From a virus (taxonomy: Duplodnaviria; Caudoviricetes): a stretch of 56,278 nt of DNA. The translations under genes were made by a program, and so were the position numbers. Within the stretch, counting starts at the first letter, position 1, and each line of letters starts with the position of its first letter. The notes beneath the pieces were generated by a model, which worked only from the letters and a program-made list of their open reading frames with translations, made no database searches and was not told the origin of the DNA. Positions 33,672 to 43,419 of the stretch are shown here, piece by piece. The DNA lies in IMG/VR virus record IMGVR_UViG_3300006916_000005, positions 1 to 56,278 of that record, one strand, 5' to 3'.

Positions 33672-35422
33672 TATGAACAGTCCTTTTTGCCGGTTGCGGG
33701 GTCCCAGACGCACTTCGTCGGGTCCCATGCTTCAGCCTCTTCGTCGAGGCTCTCGATCACACTTCCCCTTCCCTCGCCTTCCGGCTTCGGAGTGTAGGTT
33801 GTGCATCCCTTCGCGCCGCCTTCCCATGCTTGGATGTATAGGCTCTTGAAGTCCTCCCATTCGATGTCCGGGGAGACGTTGCAAGTCTTCGAGACGGAGC
33901 TGTCGATGTAGCGGGCGGCGGTGGTCAGGACGTCGACGTGTTCCCGGGCTGTCAGGTCGTTCGCGCGGCGTCCCTTGACGCCGAAGTATTCCACGCCATA
34001 GTCCCGGAGGATCACCTTCTCGTCACCCTCGATGGTCTTCACCTTGCGCTCTTGGCTGTAGGAGAAGACAGGCTCGATCCCGGAGCTGACGTTGTCCGCC
34101 CCGAAGCTGATCGACCCCGTGGGCGCGATCGAGGTCAGGAGACCGTTCCTGATGCCGTGCTTCGCGATCATCTCCTTGACGCCTGTCCCAGCGAGCGCTG
34201 GACCGTTCAAGAAGGCGCTGTTGAGGAACCGTTCGTCGTAGAGTGGGAAGGCTCCCTTCATCATCGCCGCCTCGACGCTCGCCTCGTAGGCTTTCACGTT
34301 CAGCGTCTTCAGAATTCGAGCCTCGAATTCGAGGAACTCTTGGGTCCCGTAGGGGAAGCCACAGGCTTCGGCGGCGTTCGCGAGACCGGTGATCCCGATC
34401 CCCATCCGGCGCTTCGACTTGGCTTCCTTCTCCTGTTCATAGAGAGGGAAGATCGCGACGTCCGGGACCATGTCCATCGCCCACACGATCGGCGCTATGT
34501 CTTCCTCGAACTCGCTCCAGTTGAAGCTCCACTCGATCTCGCCGACGGTGGAGACCACGCGGCGGGAGACATACTTCGGGAGGTTGACCGACCCAAGGAG
34601 ACAAGCGCCATATGGTGGGAGCGGCTGTTCCCCGCATGGGTTCGTCGCGGCGATCGTCTCGATATAGGAGAGGTTATTCATCCGGTTGATCTGGTCGATG
34701 AACAGGACGCCGGGTTCGGCCCAGTCCCACGTCGATCGCATGATCAGCTCCCAGAGCGCCGCCGGGTCGACTTCCCGGTAGGTTCGGCCCTCGAACTGAA
34801 GAGGGAACGGTCGCCCAAGGGAGAGACATTCCATGAAGTGGTCCGTGATCGCGATCGACAGATTGAACCCTGTCAGCTGGTCGTGGTTGTGCTTCGCCCG
34901 GACGAATTCCTCGATGTCCGGATGATCGACGCGGAGGACGCCCATCTGAGCGCCCCGGCGGTTCCCGGAGCTGGCTGTGTTCGCACAGACGGCGTCGAAA
35001 ATCTTCAGGAAGCCCACAGGACCGCCGGTCTGGCTCTGGAGCTTGCGTATCATGTCGCCGCGTGGGCGGAGGGTGCTGAAGTCGTATCCGATCCCGCCTC
35101 CCATCCGCATCGTCTGGGCGGCTTCCGTTGCGCGAGCCATGATCGAGCCATGTCCATCGACGAAGCTGTCCTCGATCGTGCCTGACACGAAACAGTTGTA
35201 TGGGGTGACGGACTTGGTCGAGCCGATCGCAGCTTGGATGCGCCCAGCCGGGAGGAACTTCATCTGGAGAAGGATGTCCCGGAAGGTGTGGAACTGGTTC
35301 GAGTTGTCTGTCAGGCCAGCCGCGATCCGGGTCATCGCTTCCTTGTAGCTCTCCCCGATCTGGCGGTGTTTCGTTCGGTGAATTTCGTCACAGGCTGGGT
35401 TTATTGGTCCGATATGGTCCAT
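33671..35422 (-). CDS. nrdJ: Class II (B12-dependent) ribonucleotide reductase
   Basis: NCFV, GGG.G.DFS.LRP, RRGAQM, TNPCGEQ, APTG motifs; no small-subunit gene seen. Confidence 0.9.
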   Translation of the reverse strand: MDHIGPINPACDEIHRTKHRQIGESYKEAMTRIAAGLTDNSNQFHTFRDILLQMKFLPAGRIQAAIGSTKSVTPYNCFVSGTIEDSFVDGHGSIMARATEAAQTMRMGGGIGYDFSTLRPRGDMIRKLQSQTGGPVGFLKIFDAVCANTASSGNRRGAQMGVLRVDHPDIEEFVRAKHNHDQLTGFNLSIAITDHFMECLSLGRPFPLQFEGRTYREVDPAALWELIMRSTWDWAEPGVLFIDQINRMNNLSYIETIAATNPCGEQPLPPYGACLLGSVNLPKYVSRRVVSTVGEIEWSFNWSEFEEDIAPIVWAMDMVPDVAIFPLYEQEKEAKSKRRMGIGITGLANAAEACGFPYGTQEFLEFEARILKTLNVKAYEASVEAAMMKGAFPLYDERFLNSAFLNGPALAGTGVKEMIAKHGIRNGLLTSIAPTGSISFGADNVSSGIEPVFSYSQERKVKTIEGDEKVILRDYGVEYFGVKGRRANDLTAREHVDVLTTAARYIDSSVSKTCNVSPDIEWEDFKSLYIQAWEGGAKGCTTYTPKPEGEGRGSVIESLDEEAEAWDPTKCVWDPATGKKDCS

Positions 35423-35508
35423 CGTTTTCCTCTTGGTTTTGATTGTCGCAGACCTTCGATCATACATGTCAGGCGTCTCCGTTCAATTCATCTTTGCTAT
35501 TGACAACA

Positions 35509-35829
35509 CTATTCGTCAGGCTCGCGCTCGTGATCTCCAGACCCTTGTGTGTCTTTTCCATATTTCATCCCCTTCAGAGCGAGCGCCACGAGGTCCCAGA
35601 TCGGACGAGAGAGGCGACTGTAGTCCTTGATCTCTGTCTTCCTGATCACGTCGGGAGAGCCGTGGGAGACGGACACCGCCAGCGGGCGTCTCCGACCTTT
35701 CTTGACAGCGACCGCCCGGTAGTTGCCCTTCCGGTTGGTCCCTGTCCCGTCGTTCGCGATCACCAGCTCGCCAAGGGTGGTGACGCTGCCAGTGATCGCG
35801 GAGTGAAGTTCGACCTTGACGACGATCAT
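35509..35829 (-). CDS. Hypothetical protein
   Basis: 106 aa; I.NDG.G....GNY motif. Confidence 0.7.
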   Translation of the reverse strand: MIVVKVELHSAITGSVTTLGELVIANDGTGTNRKGNYRAVAVKKGRRRPLAVSVSHGSPDVIRKTEIKDYSRLSRPIWDLVALALKGMKYGKDTQGSGDHEREPDE

Positions 35830-36041
35830 TCGACCAGACCGTCGAGGCCCTTCGCCTCCAGTATCCAGTCGGCGGCGTCGGCGTTCAGAAGGTTCCCGTT
35901 GCGCTCGACGTTGCGGAGCTGGGACTTCGGGAGCCAGTCGGCGTCGTCCTTGGACCCACCGGGACCGGTGACGAGATACGCCTTCGCGGTCTCGTGATGG
36001 ACCTCCAGAGTGATCGGGGTGAAGCTGTCGTTCTTGGTCAT
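35826..36041 (-). CDS. Hypothetical protein
   Basis: 71 aa; ET.KA....W.PKSQ motif common in phages. Confidence 0.75.
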   Translation of the reverse strand: MTKNDSFTPITLEVHHETAKAYLVTGPGGSKDDADWLPKSQLRNVERNGNLLNADAADWILEAKGLDGLVE

Positions 36042-36445
36042 GTTGCGATCTCCTTCATCTTGTAGAACATCGCGGCTTCCTTGGGCGTGGCGATCTCCAG
36101 CTCGTCGAGCCGTTGCAGCTCGTCCATGTCGAGGACGCCCAGACGCCGACGCTTGCGGAAGCTCGCGCTCTCCATCCCGGCGGCTTGCTGGGCGGCGACG
36201 TTCTTCTGGTGGAGCTTGCTGGAGTTGTTCTTCCGACGCCCACGGGCGGACCGCGTCTTCTTCCGATCCTCCGGGTCGAGGAACCGGTCGCCCCAGTTCG
36301 TGCTGAAGCCCTTCGGGTTCACCGTCGAGGCGTCCATCATGAACACCATCTGTTCGTCCTTCGTGCGCTTCTTGCCGAAGACGAGGTTCGGGACTTTTGT
36401 CAGGTCATCGACGAACAGTCCCGTAAGAAAATTTCCGAATTTCAT
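36038..36445 (-). CDS. Hypothetical basic protein
   Basis: 135 aa, coupled downstream. Confidence 0.7.
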   Translation of the reverse strand: MKFGNFLTGLFVDDLTKVPNLVFGKKRTKDEQMVFMMDASTVNPKGFSTNWGDRFLDPEDRKKTRSARGRRKNNSSKLHQKNVAAQQAAGMESASFRKRRRLGVLDMDELQRLDELEIATPKEAAMFYKMKEIAT

Positions 36446-36483
36446 GTGTCAGGTCTTTCTGTTGTTGTGTCAGGCTGTTGTCC

Positions 36484-36509
36484 CCCGAGGCGACCGAAGC
36501 CGCCCCGGG
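36484..36509 (-). terminator. cUUCGg hairpin after the SSB gene (no U-tract)
   Basis: Shares GGGGCGGCTTCGGTCGCC with the hairpins at 277 and 5456. Confidence 0.5.
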
Positions 36510-36538
36510 TTCTCTCCGCGATCTAAGCGCCTGACTTC

Positions 36539-37378
36539 TCAGATCGGGATGTCGTCGTCGAGGTCCGGCGTGGGGTTGCCGCCTCCGTTCTCTTCGCCGC
36601 CAGCCTGATCGGTCCGGTCGGCGGTCCCAAGGTCAGCCTTTGCAGCGCCTTCCGAGACCATGTCATGGAAAGCGAGACCAGCTTGGAACAGATCGTCGTT
36701 GGGTGCCAAGCGACAGTCCTTCGCGCTGCCTCCGTCAAAGGACAGCGAGATGTTCTGGAACTTCTTCCCGTTCGACTTGGCGATCTCCTGTTCGGTGGTC
36801 ACGCGCCAGACATGCGCCCACAAGGGGAGCTTGATCCGGCGATCGCCGACGACGAGCGTCTGAGCTGTCGCCTTCGTGATGAATTGGCGATACTTCTTCA
36901 GCTTCATCGACGAGAAGCCAAGGACGACCCGTTCATAGTCCCCATCGTCGTCGAGGACGAGGCCGTAGAGATAGATCGTCTCGACAAGGTCATGAACCTC
37001 GCCGGTCTCCGCGTCGTGACACTGGAGCTTGATCGGGGAGTTCCCGTTCTTGCGGATCGCGTCCTGAACGAACTGGCTGTCCGGATCATGAACGCCGACG
37101 AAGCCGCCGCCGCTGTCCACCGGAACCCATTCCACGAAAACGCGCTGACGATAACAGGGGATGAAGCGGAAGTCGTCCATCACCGTTTCCATGACGTTGT
37201 TGTAGAATTGGCCCTGTTTCGCCTTTCCATCTTCCACCAGCTCCGAGTTGGACTGGAGGACGTTGACGAACGGGATCGCAAGTTCAGAGCGATCGACGTT
37301 CTCGAAGCCTGTGGCCCCAGCATAGTCGCCCCATTCGGCGACATCTGTGGCTTGCTTCTTGGTGACTGCGTTTGCCAT
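36539..37378 (-). CDS. Single-stranded DNA-binding/annealing protein
   Basis: 279 aa; GFE, IP...LQ..S and FVEW.....GGG motifs; acidic tail ending DDDIPI. Confidence 0.7.
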   Translation of the reverse strand: MANAVTKKQATDVAEWGDYAGATGFENVDRSELAIPFVNVLQSNSELVEDGKAKQGQFYNNVMETVMDDFRFIPCYRQRVFVEWVPVDSGGGFVGVHDPDSQFVQDAIRKNGNSPIKLQCHDAETGEVHDLVETIYLYGLVLDDDGDYERVVLGFSSMKLKKYRQFITKATAQTLVVGDRRIKLPLWAHVWRVTTEQEIAKSNGKKFQNISLSFDGGSAKDCRLAPNDDLFQAGLAFHDMVSEGAAKADLGTADRTDQAGGEENGGGNPTPDLDDDIPI

Positions 37379-37435
37379 GTGTTGTTCCTTTCACAAGTTG
37401 GCTTTTCGGTTCGGGAGGCTCCATTGCCTCCCTGT

Positions 37436-38008
37436 TTATCCCGTGACCTTCGCGACGCGCTTAGTGTAAGCGCCGAACAGGTCCATCGGAATTTCGGTTC
37501 CCGCCTTCAGCTGTTCGTTGACGAACGCCTTCAGGGTGGTGGGTTCAACCTTGCGACTGAACGTCCCGGGATATGTCTTGATGCTGTCGATCCAGCTCTT
37601 GAACTTCTTCTCGTTGTCCCGACCGGTCTGGAAGATGCCGGTCCGCTTGATCAGTCCGCCGTGACCATGCTCTTCAAGCCAGTCATAAACCTTTTCGCGA
37701 TCGGCGGCTTTCGGGGAGGCGAAGGTGGACGTGATGATCGTCACAGCCTTCCCGTCGACCTTGATGACGCTGTCGTCATCGAGGCCCATGTCCTCGAAGG
37801 TTGCCGGGATCGTCAGCTCCACGAGCTTCGTCCGGCGCTCCTTGGCGGTCTTCAGTTCAGCTTCGAGGCGGTCGATCTCTTCGTCCTCCAGCTTCAGCTG
37901 TCGAATTTGATCTTCGAGGACCGCCTTCGTGTTGTTCCCCATCTTGGGAGGGGTTGCTTCCTGTTCGTCCGCGTAGGCTTCCCAGTCTTGGGTTGATTGA
38001 TCTGTCAT
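37436..38008 (-). CDS. Conserved replication-module protein
   Basis: 190 aa from MTDQSTQ; coiled coil, WL...GHG.LIK and V.P.TLKAFV.E motifs. Confidence 0.7.
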   Translation of the reverse strand: MTDQSTQDWEAYADEQEATPPKMGNNTKAVLEDQIRQLKLEDEEIDRLEAELKTAKERRTKLVELTIPATFEDMGLDDDSVIKVDGKAVTIITSTFASPKAADREKVYDWLEEHGHGGLIKRTGIFQTGRDNEKKFKSWIDSIKTYPGTFSRKVEPTTLKAFVNEQLKAGTEIPMDLFGAYTKRVAKVTG

Positions 38009-38019
38009 GTCAGGCTCCT

Positions 38020-38298
38020 TTATCCGAACTCGCCGGTCTCTTCGGCGGCTGTCCTTGCGTTGTTGACGACGCCGTCCCATGCCTCTTCACTGAAGATCGC
38101 GACGAAGGACTTCTTGTCCAGCGCGATCCCGTTGACGAGGACACTGTCGACATCGAACTCTGGACCCCATCCCGGCTCGCCGGGGAAGTTCATCGAAGGC
38201 ATCGCCGCCGGTTCACCTCTCTCCGTGCAAACGAGGACGACGTCCACATTGAACGCGAATTCCATGTCTTCCAGTTCGGTGTTGAATGTGTAGTTCAT
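38020..38298 (-). CDS. Hypothetical acidic protein
   Basis: 92 aa. Confidence 0.65.
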   Translation of the reverse strand: MNYTFNTELEDMEFAFNVDVVLVCTERGEPAAMPSMNFPGEPGWGPEFDVDSVLVNGIALDKKSFVAIFSEEAWDGVVNNARTAAEETGEFG

Positions 38299-38336
38299 GG
38301 TCAGGCTTTCGTTCGTGTAGGCAAATGTCTAGCGGG

Positions 38337-38681
38337 TCAGTCCGCGTCTGTAAAGCCCAAATCTGCGGAAACTGGAACATATGTTCCCCGGCGTCCGTTC
38401 CACTGAAGGAGCTGGACCCGTCCGTCGTTGATGTCCAGAGCGATCGAGACAGCCAGCGACAGGAGGATCGGGTTCCCGATGCAAATCATGTAGTCGTCGT
38501 CCCCGAAGTCTTCGAGGCGACTGTAGAGAGCATCGATCACGGGTTCGAGGTTGAAGGGTCTCGTGTCGGCGTCCAGAAGCTCGACCAGCTCCCCAAACTC
38601 TTCAGCCGGGGAGAGATCGTATTTGTCCTTCAGGACACCTCCCTCGCGGTAGGTTGCTCGCTGGACGACGAAGACTGTCAT
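38337..38681 (-). CDS. Hypothetical protein
   Basis: 114 aa; VFVVQ, A..FG.L, G.P and LL.W motifs. Confidence 0.75.
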   Translation of the reverse strand: MTVFVVQRATYREGGVLKDKYDLSPAEEFGELVELLDADTRPFNLEPVIDALYSRLEDFGDDDYMICIGNPILLSLAVSIALDINDGRVQLLQWNGRRGTYVPVSADLGFTDAD

Positions 38682-38875
38682 TCGACCTTCACGATCATCG
38701 GTTCGGAGGTCTCGATCTCGATCTCGTGGGCGTAGACGTCCAAGCGGACGACGGTTGGCATCCCCGGCGCGGTCTGCATCGCCACGGACTTGATCGAAAG
38801 GGTCTCCGAGATGTCCCTTCCTTCGTTGTCAAAAATCTGGAGGGTTTCGGCGGTCTCTCCGATGACGATCTTCAT
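38678..38875 (-). CDS. Hypothetical protein
   Basis: 65 aa, ATGA overlaps on both sides. Confidence 0.7.
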   Translation of the reverse strand: MKIVIGETAETLQIFDNEGRDISETLSIKSVAMQTAPGMPTVVRLDVYAHEIEIETSEPMIVKVE

Positions 38876-40410
38876 CTGTTGTCTCCCATGATAGTTTCAG
38901 CGACTTGGAGCTTCTCCCGGAGCTTGCGGACGCGCTTCTCGTCGACCGTGTCGGTCGCCATCATGTCGCCGTAGAGAACCGAAAAGTCCATTTTGCCTCT
39001 GTGCGTTCTGTCTTCAGATTGCCTCCGGAGGCGGAGGCGGCTGTCGTTCGTGTAGTAAAGGACATAAGGGGCGATGTTCAAAGTGTGTCCACGATACATC
39101 GCTTGCGTCTGAGCCGCAAGGAATTGTGGACCGGTCTGGGCGAGCCAGCGCCGCTTGTTTTCTTCCCGGACATCCTGATCGGTCTTCCCGTCGTAGCGGA
39201 CCAGTCGATCGCCCAGAGCGTCCTGAAGGAGTTCGAGGTCCCGGGTGAAGCGACACCAGATCAGGACCGGGTGGGTCTGTTTGTTCAGCTGGGCGAGCGC
39301 TGTTTCGAGGCGTGGGTTCTCCTTGAACGTCACCACCTTCTGGACAGCCTCCCCGTTCTCGTCCTCCATGAACGGGAGATATCCGGCTGTGATCTGGTAG
39401 AGCTTCAGGATGTTGACGATCGGAAGCTCCGCTGTGATCAGGCTCTCGATGTCAGCTCCGTCCGCTTGGGTTTCGATCATAAGATCGTCCCTGATCTTCT
39501 CATAGGCGTCCCATTGCTCCTTCGACATGTCGAAGCGGTGCTGGGTGTATTGCTTCTCCGGGAGATCGAGACAGTCCCGCTTCAGTAGCCGGGAGCTGTG
39601 CGGCTTCAGGATGTCGTGAAGCTCTTCGAGGTTCTGGTAGCGGAGCAACATCGGGAAGTGGCGACCGTCGTTCCGCTCGACATCCTTCCAGATGCCGAAG
39701 TAGGTCTTGAAGCTCTGGAACGACGCGAAGCCGCGATCGCGCCAGAAGTCCGGGTCGAGGAATTGCATCTGTGGATAGACATTGAAGGGACCCTCGTCGA
39801 CCGGCGTTCCCTCCATGATCCGGCGATAGAGAGCGAACCGACTGATCCCGCCACGCCCACCATGGCCCACAAGGGTCTTCGTGATCTTCGTCCCGGGCGT
39901 CTGGATTTCAGCCGCCTCGTCGATCAGGAAGGCGGTCCGCCGATCGCGGACCATCTTGGCACAGAACAGCTTCCCGCCGATCCAGCCGGAGGTCTTCGAC
40001 TTCTCCGTCTTCACCGCGTCATAGGACATCGACAGGACGACGAACTTCTTCGAGTAGAACGCCTCCTTCATCTTTTGCTGGTGCCACTTGGTCCCCGCCT
40101 TCTTCGTGTCGTAGGCCACGAAGTCGATCTGGTCATGCCACATCGGAGGGACGAGCGGCTGGTCGTAGGGATTCGTCTTGGACGGCTCCTTGATCGCCTC
40201 CTTGATCCATTCGAGATGGACGCCGTTCGGGGAGACGACGACGAGCGTGTCAATCTTCCCGGCTTGCCAGAGGGTCAAGGCCCAGTCGTAGCCAGCCTTC
40301 ATTTTTCCCAAGCCTTGCTCCCAGAAGATCGCGCGGTTCGGTGTGTTCCAGTGGTCTTTCTGTTCGACGTCTTGATGGTCGAACGGTGGCATCGTGTGAG
40401 GGTAGTTCAT
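38872..40410 (-). CDS. SNF2-family DNA helicase
   Basis: EQGLGK, IDEA, GTP, G.TL and RQSEDR.HR motifs. Confidence 0.9.
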   Translation of the reverse strand: MNYPHTMPPFDHQDVEQKDHWNTPNRAIFWEQGLGKMKAGYDWALTLWQAGKIDTLVVVSPNGVHLEWIKEAIKEPSKTNPYDQPLVPPMWHDQIDFVAYDTKKAGTKWHQQKMKEAFYSKKFVVLSMSYDAVKTEKSKTSGWIGGKLFCAKMVRDRRTAFLIDEAAEIQTPGTKITKTLVGHGGRGGISRFALYRRIMEGTPVDEGPFNVYPQMQFLDPDFWRDRGFASFQSFKTYFGIWKDVERNDGRHFPMLLRYQNLEELHDILKPHSSRLLKRDCLDLPEKQYTQHRFDMSKEQWDAYEKIRDDLMIETQADGADIESLITAELPIVNILKLYQITAGYLPFMEDENGEAVQKVVTFKENPRLETALAQLNKQTHPVLIWCRFTRDLELLQDALGDRLVRYDGKTDQDVREENKRRWLAQTGPQFLAAQTQAMYRGHTLNIAPYVLYYTNDSRLRLRRQSEDRTHRGKMDFSVLYGDMMATDTVDEKRVRKLREKLQVAETIMGDNR

Positions 40411-40472
40411 TGTCAGGCTCTCCGTGTTCTCCGGATACCTTACAAGCGCCCAAACGAGAAAGCAACCGGGAC

Positions 40473-40637
40473 GACCTTGGACAACCTCCCGACCTTCCCA
40501 TCCCTAAAATTGCTGGGAATTCTTATATATTTCTATTACTTCTTGAAAGGTTGGGGAGGTTGGGGAGGTTGTCTTCAGTATTAAAAATCAAAGGCTTACA
40601 GCTGCCGACCTCTGTTTGAAGGTTGTCCGAGGTTGGG
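40473..40637. other. Origin-like element B
   Basis: Non-coding homolog of 16236-16490 with an identical 30-bp block. Confidence 0.55.
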
Positions 40638-40648
40638 CTGTTTTGGGA

Positions 40649-40849
40649 TCAATCGTCCCGGAGCCGCGACCAGAAGGCGTTCGAGGTGTCGGTGTGGTTG
40701 GGGAGGATGGAATTGATCAGACGACCGATCAGATGGTCGGTCCTATGAAAACGGGCGCAGAGACTTTCCCTGCGCCCTCCGAGGATCACGTTTATCAGGA
40801 CCGACAGAGCCGATCCCACGCGGTGAAAATATCGCCCTACGCTCTCCAT
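40649..40849 (-). CDS. Hypothetical protein
   Basis: 66 aa from MESVGR; S.L.N..LGG..ESL.AR motif. Confidence 0.6.
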   Translation of the reverse strand: MESVGRYFHRVGSALSVLINVILGGRRESLCARFHRTDHLIGRLINSILPNHTDTSNAFWSRLRDD

Positions 40850-42461
40850 TTCCCTTCCCAAACTGTGATCATGGTTCTGGTCCCTCCGGGGAATGTTACA
40901 ACGTGCGAGACGCTATGGGAAGACGGTCCCGTCATGTAGCAGAAACGGAGCTGACAGGCTCCAGCTGACCAGACGTCCCCCATGATCGTCGCCGTGTGAT
41001 CGTGGCCCTTGTTGACCTTCCGACCCAGCTTGGTCAGGTTCGCGGTTGATCCCCGCGCCCCGTTTGGACCCTCGTCGCCGTGCATCGCCATTTCAATCCC
41101 GGCGATCACATAGCTGTCATCTTGCTTCAGGAGAGGACTTCCGATCCGACCCCGGCCCGGAGAAGCGACCACTCGTTCCCATCCCAGTCGTCTCCAGCCT
41201 TCATCGCCTTGACCCGGGCGAGCTGGGCTTCCAGATAGAACTCCGCGTTCAATAGGTCCTTCTTGAAGTCCGCCTCGTCTAGCCAGCGATCGAGGTGGCG
41301 ATCGTGGTTCGAGCTGACGATGATCATCTCCGTCTCGTCCCGTCGGGCTTCCATGATCAGACCCGCCGTCTCCCGGACCTCGTCTTCGACGCTGTCGATC
41401 CCATCGAGGAACTTCTGATACATCCTCCCGAACTTCTTCATCTCGTGGTGTGATCTCGATCGGAAGCTCTGGACATCGTGCATCAGCTGATGACGAGGCC
41501 GGAGAGCGTCGATGATGCCATCAGCGCCCCAGTTGACCCGTCGGATGTCATCGTCGATCTCGGAGCTGTGGATGTCGCCCCAGTTGATCGCCTCGACCAC
41601 CCCTTCGGTGATCTGCCCGCCGGAGACCTTGTGGATGTTGATGTTCGCCAGATCGAAGGCGTCCGGGACGTCGTAGAACGTGCCGTCCTCTTCCGCCTCC
41701 AGTTGCCGGACCCACCAGCTCCCGGAGCTGTCGACCTCGACGATCAAAGCGCCGTATCCGTGGCGCGAGCTGGCTCGCTGTCCTTCCTTCTTGGCGATGT
41801 AGTTCCGGACGGTGACTGTCCCGGTCGTGTAGTTGAACTTCGTCGGCTCCTTTGGAGCGCTTGCGATAGACTGGAGAGCGAACTGGACGTGGGGGAAGAT
41901 CGCGCTCTCCCGTCCTGTGTAGTTCTCCAGACCGGTCAGAGGCTTCACGGCTGTCGGGATGATGTTCATCTCCGCGCAGAGCTGGAGACCCGGAGCGATC
42001 TGATAGCGGCTCCTGTCTGGGTCCGTGTCCGCCGCGTAAGGCATGACCTCCGGGACCCACCACGCCTCGTCCTTGTCGGCGGCTGTGGCTTCCCGTCCGG
42101 GCTTCACGGCGCGCTTGCCATAGCTCGCTTTGTCGTAGGTGAACCGGGAGACCATGATCTCCGCGTCGAGGAAGTCCGCGTAGGCTGTGAGGTTGTCCCA
42201 GAGCCGTGTGTGGAGCTTCGTGTTGTTCTGGGCGCTCGTGATGATGTAGCGCTTGATGTCCCCCTCTTCGGGGAGCTGGAGGGTGACAGGAGCGATGTCC
42301 GTCTTCCGTCCTTGGACGAGGCTTCCCTTGAAGCCGAGCTGGTGAAGGTATTTCTTGACGGTGGTTCGGGAGACGCCCATCTCGTGGGCCACTTGAGCCT
42401 TCGATCCGTATTTATCGAAGAGACGAACCATATCGTCCCGTTGTGCTTCGGTCAATGCCAT
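40837..42461 (-). pseudogene. T5 A1-like metallophosphoesterase/nuclease split by a 1-nt frameshift near 41132
   Basis: N-terminal HTH, GDIH, HD and SNHD in 41127..42461; MHG..GPNG.RG, GH.H and GPSS in 40837..41172; adding one T gives about 541 aa. Confidence 0.7.
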
Positions 42462-42524
42462 GACTTTTTCTCCGGCTGTATCAGGTGGCCGAAGTATAGA
42501 GGCTTATTGTGTAATGTGAAGGAT

Positions 42525-42806
42525 TTACTGTTGCTTCGCAAGAAAGCGGTCGAACCTGTCCGCGAGATTGTTAATCGCCGCGAGGGTTCTTTCTTCGGAC
42601 CGGATCAAATCCTCTTTCATTCCGTTCAGGTGGGTGTTTGACACGAAGTCCCGGGCGACGTGTAGCTTGAATTCATCCAGCTCTGTCTTGTTCTGGCGGA
42701 TTTGCTTATAGAGCGCGACAAATAGACCAGACACGAGACCGATCCCGGAGATCATGACGCCGATCATGGCTATAACATTGCCCCAGCTAAGAACTATTTG
42801 ATCCAT
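42525..42806 (-). CDS. Single-TM coiled-coil protein (holin/antiholin-like)
   Basis: 93 aa at the end of the lysis cassette. Confidence 0.55.
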   Translation of the reverse strand: MDQIVLSWGNVIAMIGVMISGIGLVSGLFVALYKQIRQNKTELDEFKLHVARDFVSNTHLNGMKEDLIRSEERTLAAINNLADRFDRFLAKQQ

Positions 42807-43163
42807 TCAGAGTTGCTCCCGGTAGTATTCGATCTGTGCGTTCGCCTCTCGGATGTAGCGAACGACGTCAGCTTGGTTCAGCTGAAACCTCTCGAAGTCC
42901 TCCGGGCTGAGAGCAAGATAGCGTCCATTCTCCGTCATGACAACCGCCCACTGGACATCCGCCGGGACAATCTGGTCCGGTTTCGGCAGTTTTGAAGCTG
43001 TGGGTCGTTCAATCCTCTCCGGGACAGTTGCGATCTCCACCGCTTGCGGCTTCGAGCAAGCAACGGGCGCGAGCATCGATACCATTGACAACACGACCCA
43101 AAGTCTCGTCGTCGATCGTTTCGTAGTCGATCCCTGACAGCTCCCGTCGCGTTTCTGCGACAT
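42807..43163 (-). CDS. o-spanin lipoprotein (start uncertain)
   Basis: Hydrophobic stretch ending LAPVAC, Pro-rich, overlaps the i-spanin in another frame. Confidence 0.7.
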   Translation of the reverse strand: MSQKRDGSCQGSTTKRSTTRLWVVLSMVSMLAPVACSKPQAVEIATVPERIERPTASKLPKPDQIVPADVQWAVVMTENGRYLALSPEDFERFQLNQADVVRYIREANAQIEYYREQL

Positions 43164-43419
43164 TTTGTCTCGCTTCGCGTGATACATCCGACAATTCCTC
43201 CAGTCGCGCCTCTTGGGCTTCTCGCCATTCTCGCCACTCGTCCAGAGCTTGGCGCTGTGCTGTGATCGTGGCGTTCTGAACCTCCACGGCGGTCTCCATG
43301 ACCCCAAGCCTCTCCTTGGTCGAGGCGTAGTCCCGAACAGCCGCGACGATCGTGACCCCGAGGCTGACAATGGCCAGAGCGACGATCGCCCACATGATCT
43401 TCTTCCAGTGCCAGATCAT
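43009..43419 (-). CDS. i-spanin
   Basis: N-terminal TM plus coiled coil; C-terminal Cys pair. Confidence 0.75.
   Translation of the reverse strand: MIWHWKKIMWAIVALAIVSLGVTIVAAVRDYASTKERLGVMETAVEVQNATITAQRQALDEWREWREAQEARLEELSDVSREARQNVAETRRELSGIDYETIDDETLGRVVNGIDARARCLLEAASGGDRNCPGED

Noticed and set aside
41125-41140. Programmed frameshift in the A1-like gene
   Set aside because: There is no canonical slippery heptamer, and a single-base deletion explains the sequence more simply
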